The notes beneath the pieces are model-generated. The model was not told the origin of the DNA and did not search any database. It saw only the letters and a program-made list of their open reading frames with translations. The translations under genes and the position numbers were made by a program. This document shows positions 12,101 to 23,700 of a stretch of 64,000 nt of DNA, in pieces; position 1 is the stretch's first letter, and every line of letters starts with the position of its first letter. Source of the stretch: Fistulifera solaris (lineage: Eukaryota); contig AP026127.1 of NCBI GenBank assembly GCA_030295235.1, positions 744,001-808,000 on the forward strand, in the 5' to 3' direction.

Positions 12101-14795
12101 ACAGCGTCACTGTTTTGTAAGTGCACTAGTAGCCTTTTGCCTACTGAATTGCTGACGATTGACTCACAGACATACTCTTTTGCCACTTGGTAGTGTGTGG
12201 GATGATGTTAACCGAAACGGAATCCAAGACGTGGGCGAAAAAGGTCTGCCCAACATCCCTCTCCAACTTGTTCTCTCCGATAAAGTTACAACTCTGGCTG
12301 GTGTCGGAGACGGTGGAACTGCACATATGGTAGTAAATTCTGATACCGACGGGATCGTTACGTTCACTATGGTGCCCATGAATGTCGATCTCCGTGTCAA
12401 AGTCGTGCAAATGCCAGCAGGCGCAGTACCGACACTGATCAACAGGGGTAATGAGACGGTTGACTCCGATCTGAACAGTGATCTGACAACGGATTCTTTC
12501 CGTCTTTCTGGAGGAGGAGCGTTTACAGCAAGGGATATCGGCATCTCCATGCCTGGCTCAGTGATCGTGCGGTATGTAAACTTAGTGCTCATATGCCTCG
12601 TTGATTTAGGCCTTTTCACTCAGTCTCCATTGTTTGCAGCGTTTGGGATGATGCCGACGGAGATGGGATACAAGACGAGAATGAAGTGGGAATCCCAGGG
12701 GCAACGTTGCAGCTCGTCAATGCCGAAACGTCTGCGCCGCTTGGAAGCACAGGAGGAAACGCGCACGAATCCCAGGTCACTGACAAGAATGGCTATGTTG
12801 TCTTTACTGGTGTCCCTCAAAATGTTAACATCCGGTGCCGCGTCGTAAACAGCCCTCCAGGAGCTATTCCTACATCAAAGGGCGGAGGCAATGAATCCAC
12901 AGATTCCGATCTCAATAGTAACGGTCTCAGTGACTCATTCAGATTGGTTGGTTCCGAATTTAGTGAGGTAAGACTTTGTTCCGATGTTGCATTTAGTGGT
13001 AGATGAACCCACAATGATCATTGCGTGCTAACTATTTGTGTTCCAGATTGATCTTGGCTATAAAATGCCCGACATCGTCGAGGTACGAGTGTGGGACGAC
13101 GCTAATGAGAACGGCGTGCAAGACGAAGGCGAGGTTGGAATAGAAGGCGTTGAACTTCGTCTTGTGAACGACGCTCGACAGGATCTGCCCGCGCAACCCG
13201 AGGGCAATGCTCACGAAGTGTTGACAACTGACGCCAACGGCATCGCTCAGTTTACGATGGTCCCCAAGGGCATCACTTTGCGTGTGAAAGTCGTCAACCG
13301 GCCTCCCGGGGCTATCGAAACATCGAAAAGAATCGGAGGCGACAGCAATAACGACTCGGATCTAAACAGCGACTCATTCAGCGATTCATTCGATTTGCGC
13401 AATTTTAATGGGGGTGTTTACGGATCGGTTGATTTGGGCTATCGAATGCCTGAAACACTTGAGATTCACGTGTGGGATGATATGAACTCGAACGGTATCC
13501 AAGATACTGGCGAGCCAGGTCTGCCGAACGTTGTGCTTAAGCTCGTGAAATCCGACAGAACTGAGATTGCCCCCATCGAAGGAGGAACGGCGCACCAAGA
13601 AATAACCACGGGCCCGGACGGAGTTGCCCGTTTCTTAAAAGTTCCTAAGTCCGAGACTATCCGAGCCATGGTGGTTGCTCCGCCACCTGGAGCCAAACCG
13701 ACATCCAAAAACCAAGGTGGCGATGAGATGCTGGACAGTGACCTAAACGGCGACATGTACAGTGATTCCTTTCAAATGGCTTCCTTCCGTGGCGCTGGGG
13801 CTCTCGGCATGGTAGGTGATTGTTGAATGGTTTCGTTGTTTACTAAAGGTCTTTCTAAGTTGTCGTCCCACGTACTAATCTTTCGCCCTTCTTGCATTAC
13901 AGTTGGACCTTGGATTCCAAATGCCGGCTGACATGGTCGTTCATGTATGGGATGACTTGGACGGAGACGGAATTCAAGACGATGGTGAACCGTAAGTTCA
14001 TTTTGTTGTTGTTGTTTGTTAAAGGCACATTCTTTCGATTTCGGATCTAATTGTGGTGCATGTTCTCCCTCGAACGACAGAGGAATCCAAGGCGTCGAGT
14101 TGGGAATGGTCTTAAATGATAAAATCACTCCCTTGCCGAATATTGGAGGCGGTAGCAATGCTCACTTGGTCAAATTCACGGATGAAAAGGGTTTCGCGAC
14201 GTTTGTAGGCGTTCCTCGTACCGAAGTTGTACGCATCAAAGTCATGAATGCCCCTCCTGGTTCCGTGCCGACGCATCGAAACCGCGGTACAGATGACCAG
14301 GCCGACTCGGATATGGGAACTGATTTAGTGACCGACTCTTTCGATATGAACAACTTTAGGGGCGTCGGAGCTATCGGTCAAATGGACCTCGGTTTCCGCA
14401 TGCCCAAGACAGTGGTGGTCCGTGTTTGGAGAGATACGGACGGCGATGGCATTCAGGATGAGAACGAAGAAGGCTTTGAAGGTATCCGCGTACAGCTTGT
14501 GAACGCCACGTCCCGTCTTCCTCTTCCCGAACAAGGAAACAACGGGACCGCACACCAGATCCTCACCACAGGTTCCGACGGACGGGTTCGTTTCACCAAA
14601 GTTCCGCAGAGCACTTCCATTCGAATTCGAGTTTTGAATCCTCCTACCGGCTTCCGCGTCACTTTGAAGGATCGTGGAACCGATGAACAGCTAGACAGCG
14701 ACCTGAATACTGATCATTTTACGGACGCTTTCCTTCTACCGAGCAACGTCGCGGAGCTTTTCGACATGCGAGACTGCGGATACAGGCCCATCTAA
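9149..14795 (+). CDS. Large secreted adhesin-like protein: signal peptide, Cys-knot repeats, vWD/GDPH domain, 8 SdrD-B/Cna-B-like repeats; multi-exon
   Basis: Signal peptide; C-C-CC-C-C repeats; SGDPHITTFDGYKYDCQ; eight VW/FxDxxxxGxxD...DSDLN...DLGY repeats. GT-AG introns 9679-9746, ~10418-10480, ~10667-10750, 12009-12075, 12117-12193, 12572-12639, 12968-13046, 13812-13902, 13992-14080. Frameshift ~10262. Confidence 0.85.
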
Positions 14796-15220
14796 TTCTT
14801 TAAGCGGGCAATTTCGCAGTCCTTTAGTGATTTGCATACTTGATTTTCATATCTCAATACATGATAACATTTATAAATTATCAATTTCAAAATAAAGAAG
14901 CGAACATGGATAATAATTGAAACAAATAATAATGTTACTGCGTTCCGCTGCAAGCGCGACGAGAGATCTGATACTCGTGACTAATAATTGCAGTCGTGGC
15001 GAGATACGGACTACACAATAGAGCGAAAGCTGCAGAGGATGAGCACCATCGGAACCGTTTTTTGCCGTAAAAAAATAAAGTGACAATGGAACTGGTACGA
15101 ACGATAATTGCATCATGAATAAAGCGCTTGGAGCTTGTTGATCGTGCAACACGGATCAATACAACCAGGTGCAGAGTAACTACAATCATTCAGCCGTCGG
15201 CGAAGACTTTAATCGAAAAA

Positions 15221-16106
15221 TTATTCTACCGCCATGATACTATTATGTTTCTCTTCGGCTGCACGATTGAGCTCATGAATCGCCTCTTCGGTTGCCGCCT
15301 CGACTTCTTGTTGCACTCGGAACGCATCATCCTTCGACACATGCTCCAATTTCCCCGCGACGCCTTTCTTCGTGACATCCATCGCCTTGCGTCGCACTTG
15401 TCGAATGCCTTGACGATATGATTCGGCACGTTTCGCCAGTGTCATGGCAATCTTTTGACGACTTTCTAACGAGATACGAGGAAGGGGAATGTTTACGACG
15501 CCATCTTCCGCGGAGGGATTGAGATTGAGTTGTTGTGCGACGGCCGTGCGTACCGCCTTGGCCAGGGACGGATCAAAGCAAGTAGCTGTCGCCAACGTGG
15601 GTGACACCAACACGACTTGTGCGACCGATTGCAATGAAGTGCGAGCACCGTACGCTTCCACCTGGACGTTGTCAAAGAGCGCGACGGTCGGCTCGGCGCC
15701 GCGCATGTTTTTGAGCGAATCGATAAAACGTTGCACAATTTGCTTCATTTTGAGTTTCGTTTGTTTCGGATCGGGGAGAAAATTTTGTTCTTCTTCTGCT
15801 AGTTGCTCCTCTTCTTCTTGATATAGCTCTTCCTCGGGTTGCTCAACAGCGGCTGCCTCGCTCGTCGTCTCCGCTTTGCGTGCCTTCTTCTTTTGACGAC
15901 GCTCTTGTGCTTTTTTTCTGACTTTGTTCGTGCGCCAGTTCATCTAAACGCTCCAAATGTTGCCCCATTTTCGCACCCGAGTGTTTGTAACGCCACGACG
16001 AAGCTACGGTATCCATTGCAGGAAGTGTCGACGGACGGGGGATGACTCGACGTCCCGTGCATTGCAAAGATTGCCGTAAGAGAGAGGAGAATCGCGAGGC
16101 GTTCAT
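15221..16106 (-). CDS. frr: Organellar (probably mitochondrial) ribosome recycling factor; frameshift ~15915
   Basis: LFDNVQVEAYG...LQSVAQV, FDPSLAKAVRTA, LNLNPS, IPLPRISLESRQ, IRQVRRKAMD, SKDD..R..QEVE. Arg/Ser-rich N-terminal presequence in ORF 15843-16106. Confidence 0.85.
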
Positions 16107-16404
16107 TGTTGAGTAGTTGATAATATCTTTTAAAACAAACGAAACGAAAGCGATTCTTAGTGGAGAATAAGCTAAGGTATTGTTGTTGATGTTGATCTAT
16201 GTCAACAAAAAAATAAATAATGCGATGCGCATGATAGGCGGAGTCCGTCCATCGTACGTAATATATTGAGTGCCGATGAGGCGCGCATAGGCGCGAGCGA
16301 CCACGAAAAAATCCCACCTCTCCAAAAACGTTTATTCTTCACAACGATAAAATAATGGCATCAAACTATTCTGAAAAGCATAAATTTAGTTTCAAAAAAG
16401 TGTC

Positions 16405-17832
16405 ATGACAACTCATTCTCTTTTCCTTCTTCTCATGAATCTCATAGCACTGCGATATTATGCAACAACTACAGAAGCTCTCGCAACGACATCCTCGCGC
16501 ATCGCCGTCATCGGAGGAGGAGCCAGCGGCATTTTCGCGGCGATCGCGGCCGCGCAAAACGGCCACAACGTCACCGTCCTGGAAGCCGCGGCCAAGACAC
16601 TTACAAAGGTTCAAATCTCCGGTGGTGGACGCTGTAATGTCATGCACAATGCGAGTCGGCCGGTCCCCGATTTGTTGCAACAGTATCCCCGAGGACAACG
16701 CGAATTGCAAGGATTGTTTCAAAAACGATTCCGTCCGGAAGAATGTCGGGCGTGGTTTGAACAGCACGGTGTTGCTTTAAAAACAGAAGCTGACGGTCGC
16801 ATGTTCCCGGTCACGGACTCGTCACAAACGGTCATGGATGCCTTGTTACAGGCGGCGGCGCAAGCGCGTGTGAAGATACGGACGCGTTGTCGAGTTCAAA
16901 CATTGCACAAACCCAACAACGATCAACCATTCTTTGTTTCTGTTGTCGACAAGAGTGTATCGGATGACGGAGTAGTAAGCGAATGCTATGACGCTGTGAT
17001 CTTAGCTACTGGCTCGATGCCCCTGGGTTATCAGTTGGCCGAGTCTGTGGGGCATTCACTCGTCAAGACGGTACCGTCATTGTTCACGTTGAATGCCGAT
17101 GAGGCCGTTCGTCCAGGGGGTGTTTTGCATGGATTGTCGGGTGTTTCGGTGCCGCTGGGTCGGGTCTCGTACTGGCCACCGAACACGGAACCGGTGCGGA
17201 AAAAAGTATTGCACGAACAAGAAGGGCCGTTGCTCATTACGCACTACGGATTATCCGGACCAGCCGCCTTGCGGGTCAGTGCGTTTGGGGCGAGAACTTT
17301 GGCGGAGCATTCCTACAAAGGAACTCTAAAAATACACTGGGCACCCTCGTTTGGATCGAGCGTAGAGGATATTTTCGATCAGTTGTGGTCTATGACGACG
17401 TCAAATCCGAGAAAGACCATTTCGACGGTGTGTCCATTAATTCGAGCCGATCCGGTGACGGGGACCGTGACAACCGCCATTCCACGACGTCTGTGGAGTG
17501 CATTGGTGCAAGCGGCGGGTGTTGACGAAGCGGCAGTCTGGGGCGGTGTTTCAAAAAAGGTTGTTCGGCAACTGGCAATGCAAGTGGCGGAATGTCCTAT
17601 TACGATGACCAATAAGGGAACCTTTAAGGAAGAATTTGTAACAGCAGGAGGTGTTCCGCTCAAGGAAATTGATATGACACGAATGGAAAGTAAAGTGTGT
17701 CCTGGCTTGTTTCTTTGCGGTGAAGTCATCAATGTGGATGGAGTGACGGGTGGCTTTAATTTCCTGAATGCATGGGGGACGGGATACGTGGCTGGAAATG
17801 CAGTAGGCGAATCGATCAGGCAAGCGGCATAA
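16405..17832 (+). CDS. HI0933/BaiN/YhiN(RdsA)-family NAD(P)/FAD-dependent oxidoreductase
   Basis: IAVIGGGASG, KVQISGGGRCNV, EADGRMFPVTDSS, VILATG, LLITHYGLSGPAAL, FVTAGGV, GEVINVDGVTGGFNF..AWGTG. Intact 475-aa ORF. Confidence 0.92.
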   Translation: MTTHSLFLLLMNLIALRYYATTTEALATTSSRIAVIGGGASGIFAAIAAAQNGHNVTVLEAAAKTLTKVQISGGGRCNVMHNASRPVPDLLQQYPRGQRELQGLFQKRFRPEECRAWFEQHGVALKTEADGRMFPVTDSSQTVMDALLQAAAQARVKIRTRCRVQTLHKPNNDQPFFVSVVDKSVSDDGVVSECYDAVILATGSMPLGYQLAESVGHSLVKTVPSLFTLNADEAVRPGGVLHGLSGVSVPLGRVSYWPPNTEPVRKKVLHEQEGPLLITHYGLSGPAALRVSAFGARTLAEHSYKGTLKIHWAPSFGSSVEDIFDQLWSMTTSNPRKTISTVCPLIRADPVTGTVTTAIPRRLWSALVQAAGVDEAAVWGGVSKKVVRQLAMQVAECPITMTNKGTFKEEFVTAGGVPLKEIDMTRMESKVCPGLFLCGEVINVDGVTGGFNFLNAWGTGYVAGNAVGESIRQAA

Positions 17833-17875
17833 ATGAAGAGAAAGCTGGCTGCAGTCTCGAGCTTATGTTATCCCT

Positions 17876-18892
17876 CTAGTTACGAGATGGCATCTTTTGC
17901 TTCGATGAACGTGAACAACGTCCGTCCCGACACAGATGCATGATCTCAACTTTTGTCCTTTTAAAGATGCTGGAGGACTGGGTGTTGTATTCGTCTGTGA
18001 GCAAAACTAAGGGACCCTTTTGTCGCGCTTTCAATGTTTCTGTTGCCCTATCGGCCTGGTTTCTCCAGGATTCATCTATCAGCCCTGGGAATAGCGTAAG
18101 ACCAGTGACGGCTTCCAAGTCAGTCCACCGAACTAAGTAATCCTGATACTCGCTTTTCTCGGGAAGCTTTTCGTTCGGAACCACGAAACAGGCGAATTCA
18201 CGGATAGCGTTAGTTCTCTTTGTTTGGTTCGGGTCTACTACTACCACGACTTTAAACAAATGAGTCGGAACAGATACTAATGATGGCGGATTTCCCAATC
18301 CTTTGTACTGGTATTCAAATAGCTTGTCTTCGAGTTTTCGTCGAGGGAGCCAGAGGGGCCCCGTCACGACGTAGGTTTCGCAGTGTTGTTGTTTCGCTCT
18401 TCGTGCCACTCCTCGTGTCCACTTTTCCAGCCCGGCCCAAACCCCTCGATTCATATCGGATGATTGTGGGGCAACATTGATGAGATTGTAAGTGTCTGAT
18501 TGATTGTCTTGAAAGTCCGCCGCTGGTGCCATGTGCCCTCGGTCGTATCCTGATAAGTGATAATGCGAATTGCGAGAACGAAACCATTCACGGAGTGACT
18601 TTTCTTCGTAAAAACGTTGCCGGCGATGATCTCCGTTTGCTGTTTCGTCCGTGATGGTGAGGCGTTCCATGACATAGACGGGTGTCCTAGTCCGAACGTC
18701 AAAGGCTATCTCGAGATCTTCATTCGGTCGGAAAATACGAATCGGAATCCAGGGCGACAGATTATGTTTCTTCGTTGCCCATTCGCCTTCAGTTGTGCAC
18801 ATCAAGTGGCCGCCTGCCGTCGTCGACAAGGCCAGAGTGGGAAGGGCCATCCCTCGATGTAATATTCCATTATGAAAAGTCCGGGAGGCCAT
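17876..18892 (-). CDS. ENDOG: Endonuclease G / Nuc1-like DNA/RNA non-specific endonuclease
   Basis: SGYDRGHMAPAAD, NVAPQ..MNRGVWAGLE, VVTGPLWLP, VSVPTHLFKVV, LEAVTGLTLFP. Confidence 0.9.
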   Translation of the reverse strand: MASRTFHNGILHRGMALPTLALSTTAGGHLMCTTEGEWATKKHNLSPWIPIRIFRPNEDLEIAFDVRTRTPVYVMERLTITDETANGDHRRQRFYEEKSLREWFRSRNSHYHLSGYDRGHMAPAADFQDNQSDTYNLINVAPQSSDMNRGVWAGLEKWTRGVARRAKQQHCETYVVTGPLWLPRRKLEDKLFEYQYKGLGNPPSLVSVPTHLFKVVVVVDPNQTKRTNAIREFACFVVPNEKLPEKSEYQDYLVRWTDLEAVTGLTLFPGLIDESWRNQADRATETLKARQKGPLVLLTDEYNTQSSSIFKRTKVEIMHLCRDGRCSRSSKQKMPSRN

Positions 18893-19038
18893 GGGTGATA
18901 GAGGATGTAACTGATGTGAAACGGAGAAGCTAAGGTAGTAAATACACGACCCGGTACGGTACATGCCGATGACGATGACGACTGACGAGTTACCTGGTAT
19001 TGGACGATGCGCGAGACCCGCGATCCGCCTGAATGAAT

Positions 19039-19476
19039 CTAACCTTCCAAATATCCGGGTGCCCCCTCAGTCGATAAATTTCCTCACGAGAGCTACGTGA
19101 AATCTACGTAAGATTTTGAAGCAATGCATCGTTCATAGTTTTCCGGATTGAAACCAATTATTGATGTCAATTATCATTTATCAGCCCGAAATATCCATGT
19201 CAGAAAAAGCGATGATGGTATTTGTGCACAGAAGGCCAAAATAATGGTGCGATTAAGTTCCCAATATCCGGGTACCCCCTCTGTCGATAAATTCCCCTAC
19301 GAGCGCTACGTGAAACGTTCGAACACATTTGAGGCGTTGCATCTTTTTCTATAAAAAAATACGAGTATTGCAGTCAATTTTTTGGATGTCGACTGCCATG
19401 TCTGATGAAAAAGCGATGATGGCCGTGGCAAGCGATTGATTATCGCCATAAACACTTTAGGTTACTAACCTTCCAA
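19039..19476. repeat. Degenerate tandem dimer of a 213-bp unit; a related copy lies at ~63660
   Basis: AATATCCGGGT..CCCCTC.GTCGATAAATT...CTACGTGAAA at 19050 and 19263; AAAAAGCGATGATGG twice; CTAACCTTCCAA at 19039 and 19465 (2x213). Confidence 0.8.
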
Positions 19477-19833
19477 TCATTTCCCATAGGGATTGGGGAT
19501 AAACAGGGAGAGATTATGCTGGTTTTCTAAAGTAGATTTTGAAAACCGGTTAGGAAGAAACTAGGTTTTACTGGGGACCACACTGTCATAAGATTATTAG
19601 GTTGATTCAGAATTCAGCTCTCACTTTCTTCTCCCTTCATCGTCAGAAAGCATCTTTGACTCGGCGCCTCTGTTTCCCTTTATCGAGACACAAAAAATTC
19701 GCGTGCCGAAGGATCCAGTGAAACGGCAACGTGCGCATCGGTGATAGCAGCGTTATCAGTTATTGGATAAGATAACGATGAATATTCTGGTCTAGTGAGT
19801 TGCACTTGATTCTAATAAACGGTGCTGAACATC

Positions 19834-20748
19834 ATGAGCCAGCCGAATGACAGAAAACTGCTGGCAGACAGCGACCGCATCAAGCGGCGAAACGGAGGCC
19901 CGGAACATCAAGGTCCTCCACAAGCTGCTTATGCTTATTCCCTCGCCAATCAATTGCCTCTCGGCTATACCATGAACGCACCCTTACAGCTTTATGATCA
20001 CCTAATTCATCCTATTTCATCCGTAGCATCGTACAATCTCCGAGATCCACTTTTAACACAACTGATCGAAGCACAATTGGCCGGATCTATCCTTCACTCG
20101 CAAATGTTTGCCTTGCAACCACAATATCCCTTTGTAAGCGAAATTGCGGCATCTATGCATGAGCTACATGATCCCGGTCTCTTTCGAATGCATCGTAACC
20201 AGATATCCGATCTCGTAAGAAGCGATGAACTGTCGCAACATTCAGCTTCCTTCTCTTCGGCCCCGCCATTCATACCGCCAGTCGCAATCGACAGTCAACC
20301 ACAGATACCGGCTGAAGAATCCACGCAACAAACGCCCTCTAGTTCATTACTTAGCAAGCCAAAGCGTCCGTTATCCGCATACAATGTTTTCTTTCAAGAA
20401 GAGCGTGCCAGGATCGTGAAAGAGAGGGAGCTCCAAAACAATAAAGATGCTCCATTAGACTCGTCGAAGCAGCGCTACCAACCGAACGGGACCGGTTTCG
20501 AAGATCTAGCGAAGGAGATTAGCAAGAGATGGAAGAGCATCGACAAGAAACGTCTTGACAAATGTTCGCAACTCGCGGAGGTACGATACCAAAAAGAGCT
20601 AGCTGCGTATACGGAGCAAAGAGAGGCCAGACTATCTGCGATGCAACAAGCTCAAGTGGCATCTGTATCGGAAGAAGCGTGGAAGCGCTATATCGCGGAA
20701 GCAGAAAAACAAAAGCCTCCGCGTAGCCGGAAACGTAAAAGAAAGTAA
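19834..20748 (+). CDS. HMG-box protein, paralog 1
   Basis: KPKRPLSAYNVFFQEERARI...GFEDLAKEISKRWKSID...RYQKEL; basic C-terminal NLS-like tail. Confidence 0.9.
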   Translation: MSQPNDRKLLADSDRIKRRNGGPEHQGPPQAAYAYSLANQLPLGYTMNAPLQLYDHLIHPISSVASYNLRDPLLTQLIEAQLAGSILHSQMFALQPQYPFVSEIAASMHELHDPGLFRMHRNQISDLVRSDELSQHSASFSSAPPFIPPVAIDSQPQIPAEESTQQTPSSSLLSKPKRPLSAYNVFFQEERARIVKERELQNNKDAPLDSSKQRYQPNGTGFEDLAKEISKRWKSIDKKRLDKCSQLAEVRYQKELAAYTEQREARLSAMQQAQVASVSEEAWKRYIAEAEKQKPPRSRKRKRK

Positions 20749-23700
20749 TGTTCGCAACTCTCTCCAGACAACTTTGTCAACAGGTTTCAACACAGAACAA
20801 CGATTGATGAAAAGGCTGGACAAAAACGCGAGTTGCACGTTCCCGTTCAAGTACTCTTAATGTTTCTTTCACTATAATGATGTTTTTGTTTTCGTCAGCG
20901 TCGACCTTCATTCTTGACCAGAAACGGTTTGGATTTGAAGCAAAACTCGCCGCGCACAGTTTTAGAATGATGATTCATTCACGCGAAGCGCAGATCGAGA
21001 ATTTAGACACGAGTGCTCATTCTCGCGATCTACGCGCGGCGAACCTTTGTCGTTTACCAGGTACGGCATTGTATTCAGCTAATGGCCGAGCGCAAAAAGA
21101 GGGCATGTTCATACTTTCTTGTGTTCAACAAAAACTGCTGCTTCTTGGCCAAGTCCGTGATCGTCTGTGTCATTGTAAGAGATTTGGCGCTTAGTGCTAG
21201 AGATTTTTCTTTACAATCCATTGTTCGAAGCGCGAGAATAAGGGTTCCTTGACCGGTGTAGAATTATCCATGCCTTCTTCTATCCAACTGACGAGCAGCA
21301 GCATCAATAAAGGATCATACGAGCAAAGACCTCCATGCCAAAAAAACCAGTCGTCCGAAAGACTGTCAAACTGTCGTTCTAGTTTCGGCTATCGTTGTCA
21401 TTGACTCAATTCACCTTTAATTATGTGTCGTTGTCCTCGCAAACCGCACCAGCAATCACACCATTCTTGGAGCCATTTTCGCAACATCAATTCAAACTGT
21501 TGCAAAACACTCAACTGTGTCCTTTGTTTTGGTTATCAAGAACGAAGACAATCGGTACTTCCGCATGATTTTCCATCGTTTCACAATCGAACAAACATCC
21601 CAAATGAAACACCCATCGTTGAAACACCCAGAGTCATAATCTTTATGTTTCCCATGCTTTCTCGTTTATTCGTTGCTTTTCAGGTCTTTTTGCTTTTCTT
21701 GACGGCGGCCGACATGACAATAGTCTGATCAAAGAAAGCTCTGGATCGCCAAAGAACACTCTCGGAACTGAGACGCTGAAAGGTACTTGTCGAGTTAGGC
21801 ATGAAACTAGTCGTGTGCTCAAATGCACTGAGCATCTACTCGGTTTTGCAAGAAGGAGTCGTCAAATGCACAACAGAAGTCGGGAGTGTCGTGACACCAA
21901 GAAACGTTCTCGCCAAGTCGTCGTTACATTGGGCGATGAGCAAACACGTTCTCATTCCTCTGCCACATTTTCGTTGTGACACGTGCATCTCAGTAGAGGC
22001 CAGCGCTACCCCTGATCTATGGCTCGCCGTTCCATCGTATTAAGAGATGGTGACATTTTGCCTTTTGATTCCAGGGCGTTAAACCCACGGTTCATTGTCG
22101 AGGTAGTCCATCCAGTGTTCGAATGTGATTCTATTTTCCTTTTTGCGACAACAAGTGAACTTGTCGCAAGTCGCAACCCTCAACACGCCAGACGATAACA
22201 ACAACGAAGTGGAGTGTGGAGTGTGGAGTGAGAGTGAGTAATGAACATGAACATTGAACAGCAACAAAATGACCATTTGAGCCCGCATTCTTACATGCCC
22301 GCATTATGACTTATGACCTCCGTTTATCGAATACATAGTGTGACTCAGAAGCAGTCTTTTCGTTTTTGTTCTCCGCTTCGTTTACGACTAACGACTACAA
22401 GGTCTACGAGCTACGAGCTACGAGTAATGAGTAGTAATGACTTTTGACTTTGAGACATAATCGTACACTTTATGAGCAAATTGAAATCACGATGTATAAG
22501 GTAAACAGTAATAAGATGAAAGCAAGAAGTACCAGTGACATCGAACAAAAGAGTAAATTACTGGAGTATTCCGTATGGTGTACGCTGATTCTGAAAGTTT
22601 CCGCCCTTGGACATGACACATGAACATGGCAATGACACTTGATGGAAAAGTGGGCAATTCAAAAAATGGTTTGAAAATGGCTGGCGTTGAGATTTGAGCT
22701 CGCGAGGAATGAGCCTTCACAATGCGATTGTACCTGGTACCTGGTACCTGTAACTGCCGAGTGCAGAGCAATGAAACGAGGCATGAACCATGAATGTGTC
22801 GATTGAAGATTAGAGACGGGAAGAGGGATCAAGATAAGCAATAGTGATTTTGCGGCTTGGACGCACTTGTTGTTGGGACCATGTGCGTCAATAGATGATG
22901 CTGACCGAACGTCATCTTTAAAATTCAATCTGTTAATGCATAGGAAGCAACGGCACAGGCAATCTCCGTGTCAACATTTTGGTTTCAACGAGAAGTCTAT
23001 GGTGACAGCTGCAACAGCTCATTCGACACATTTGATTACGGATGATGAAATCACAGCCTTCGTTGACCTAGTAAGAAGCCAGACAACGCTAGTACAACAG
23101 CATTGGCGCGTCGTGGTCTCTGCACACTTTGAGACCGATAACTGGCACTTTTCGAACGATCATCGCATGTCAATAACACCCATTTGATTCCAGCACAAGA
23201 TTAGCTTCGGAATCACAGACAGCGGCGAATGATGCTAAGGCCGATCCATATTGTGACACTCCCCACAGAAAGATGGAACAACTTCAAATCATAAACCTCT
23301 TCAAAGATGGAATCTAACTTACACACCAAAGCGTTGCTTTCACCGACCACTCCATTGTTAAAGGAAAACAAGCGCGGATAACGGAAAAATTGTTAGCATA
23401 TGGTCCGCAATACAGCCATGGTCATTGAATATGAGGCAGTTATTGGCCGAACTGCATTGAGACAAGTAGTCAGAGGATCAAGAATGGACTTGAGCCTAAG
23501 AACGAGCCATTGAGAAAGTATGACTCAAAAAGGCTCTATCAGAATTTCTTTCTCGTCAATTGTTCCCTCAATTTCCCGGCTACGCAATACATACATTTGA
23601 GCTTGCCCAAAGTAAGAATCAAATCGATGAATCATGCCGTTACAAGACAAGCAGTATAAGAGCGCAAGGCGCATTTACAAAGATCGGGTACGATCTGTAC

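Noticed and set aside
11290..14795. Bacterial contamination suggested by SdrD-B repeats
   Set aside because: The repeats are interrupted by canonical spliceosomal introns and are continuous with eukaryotic-type exons.
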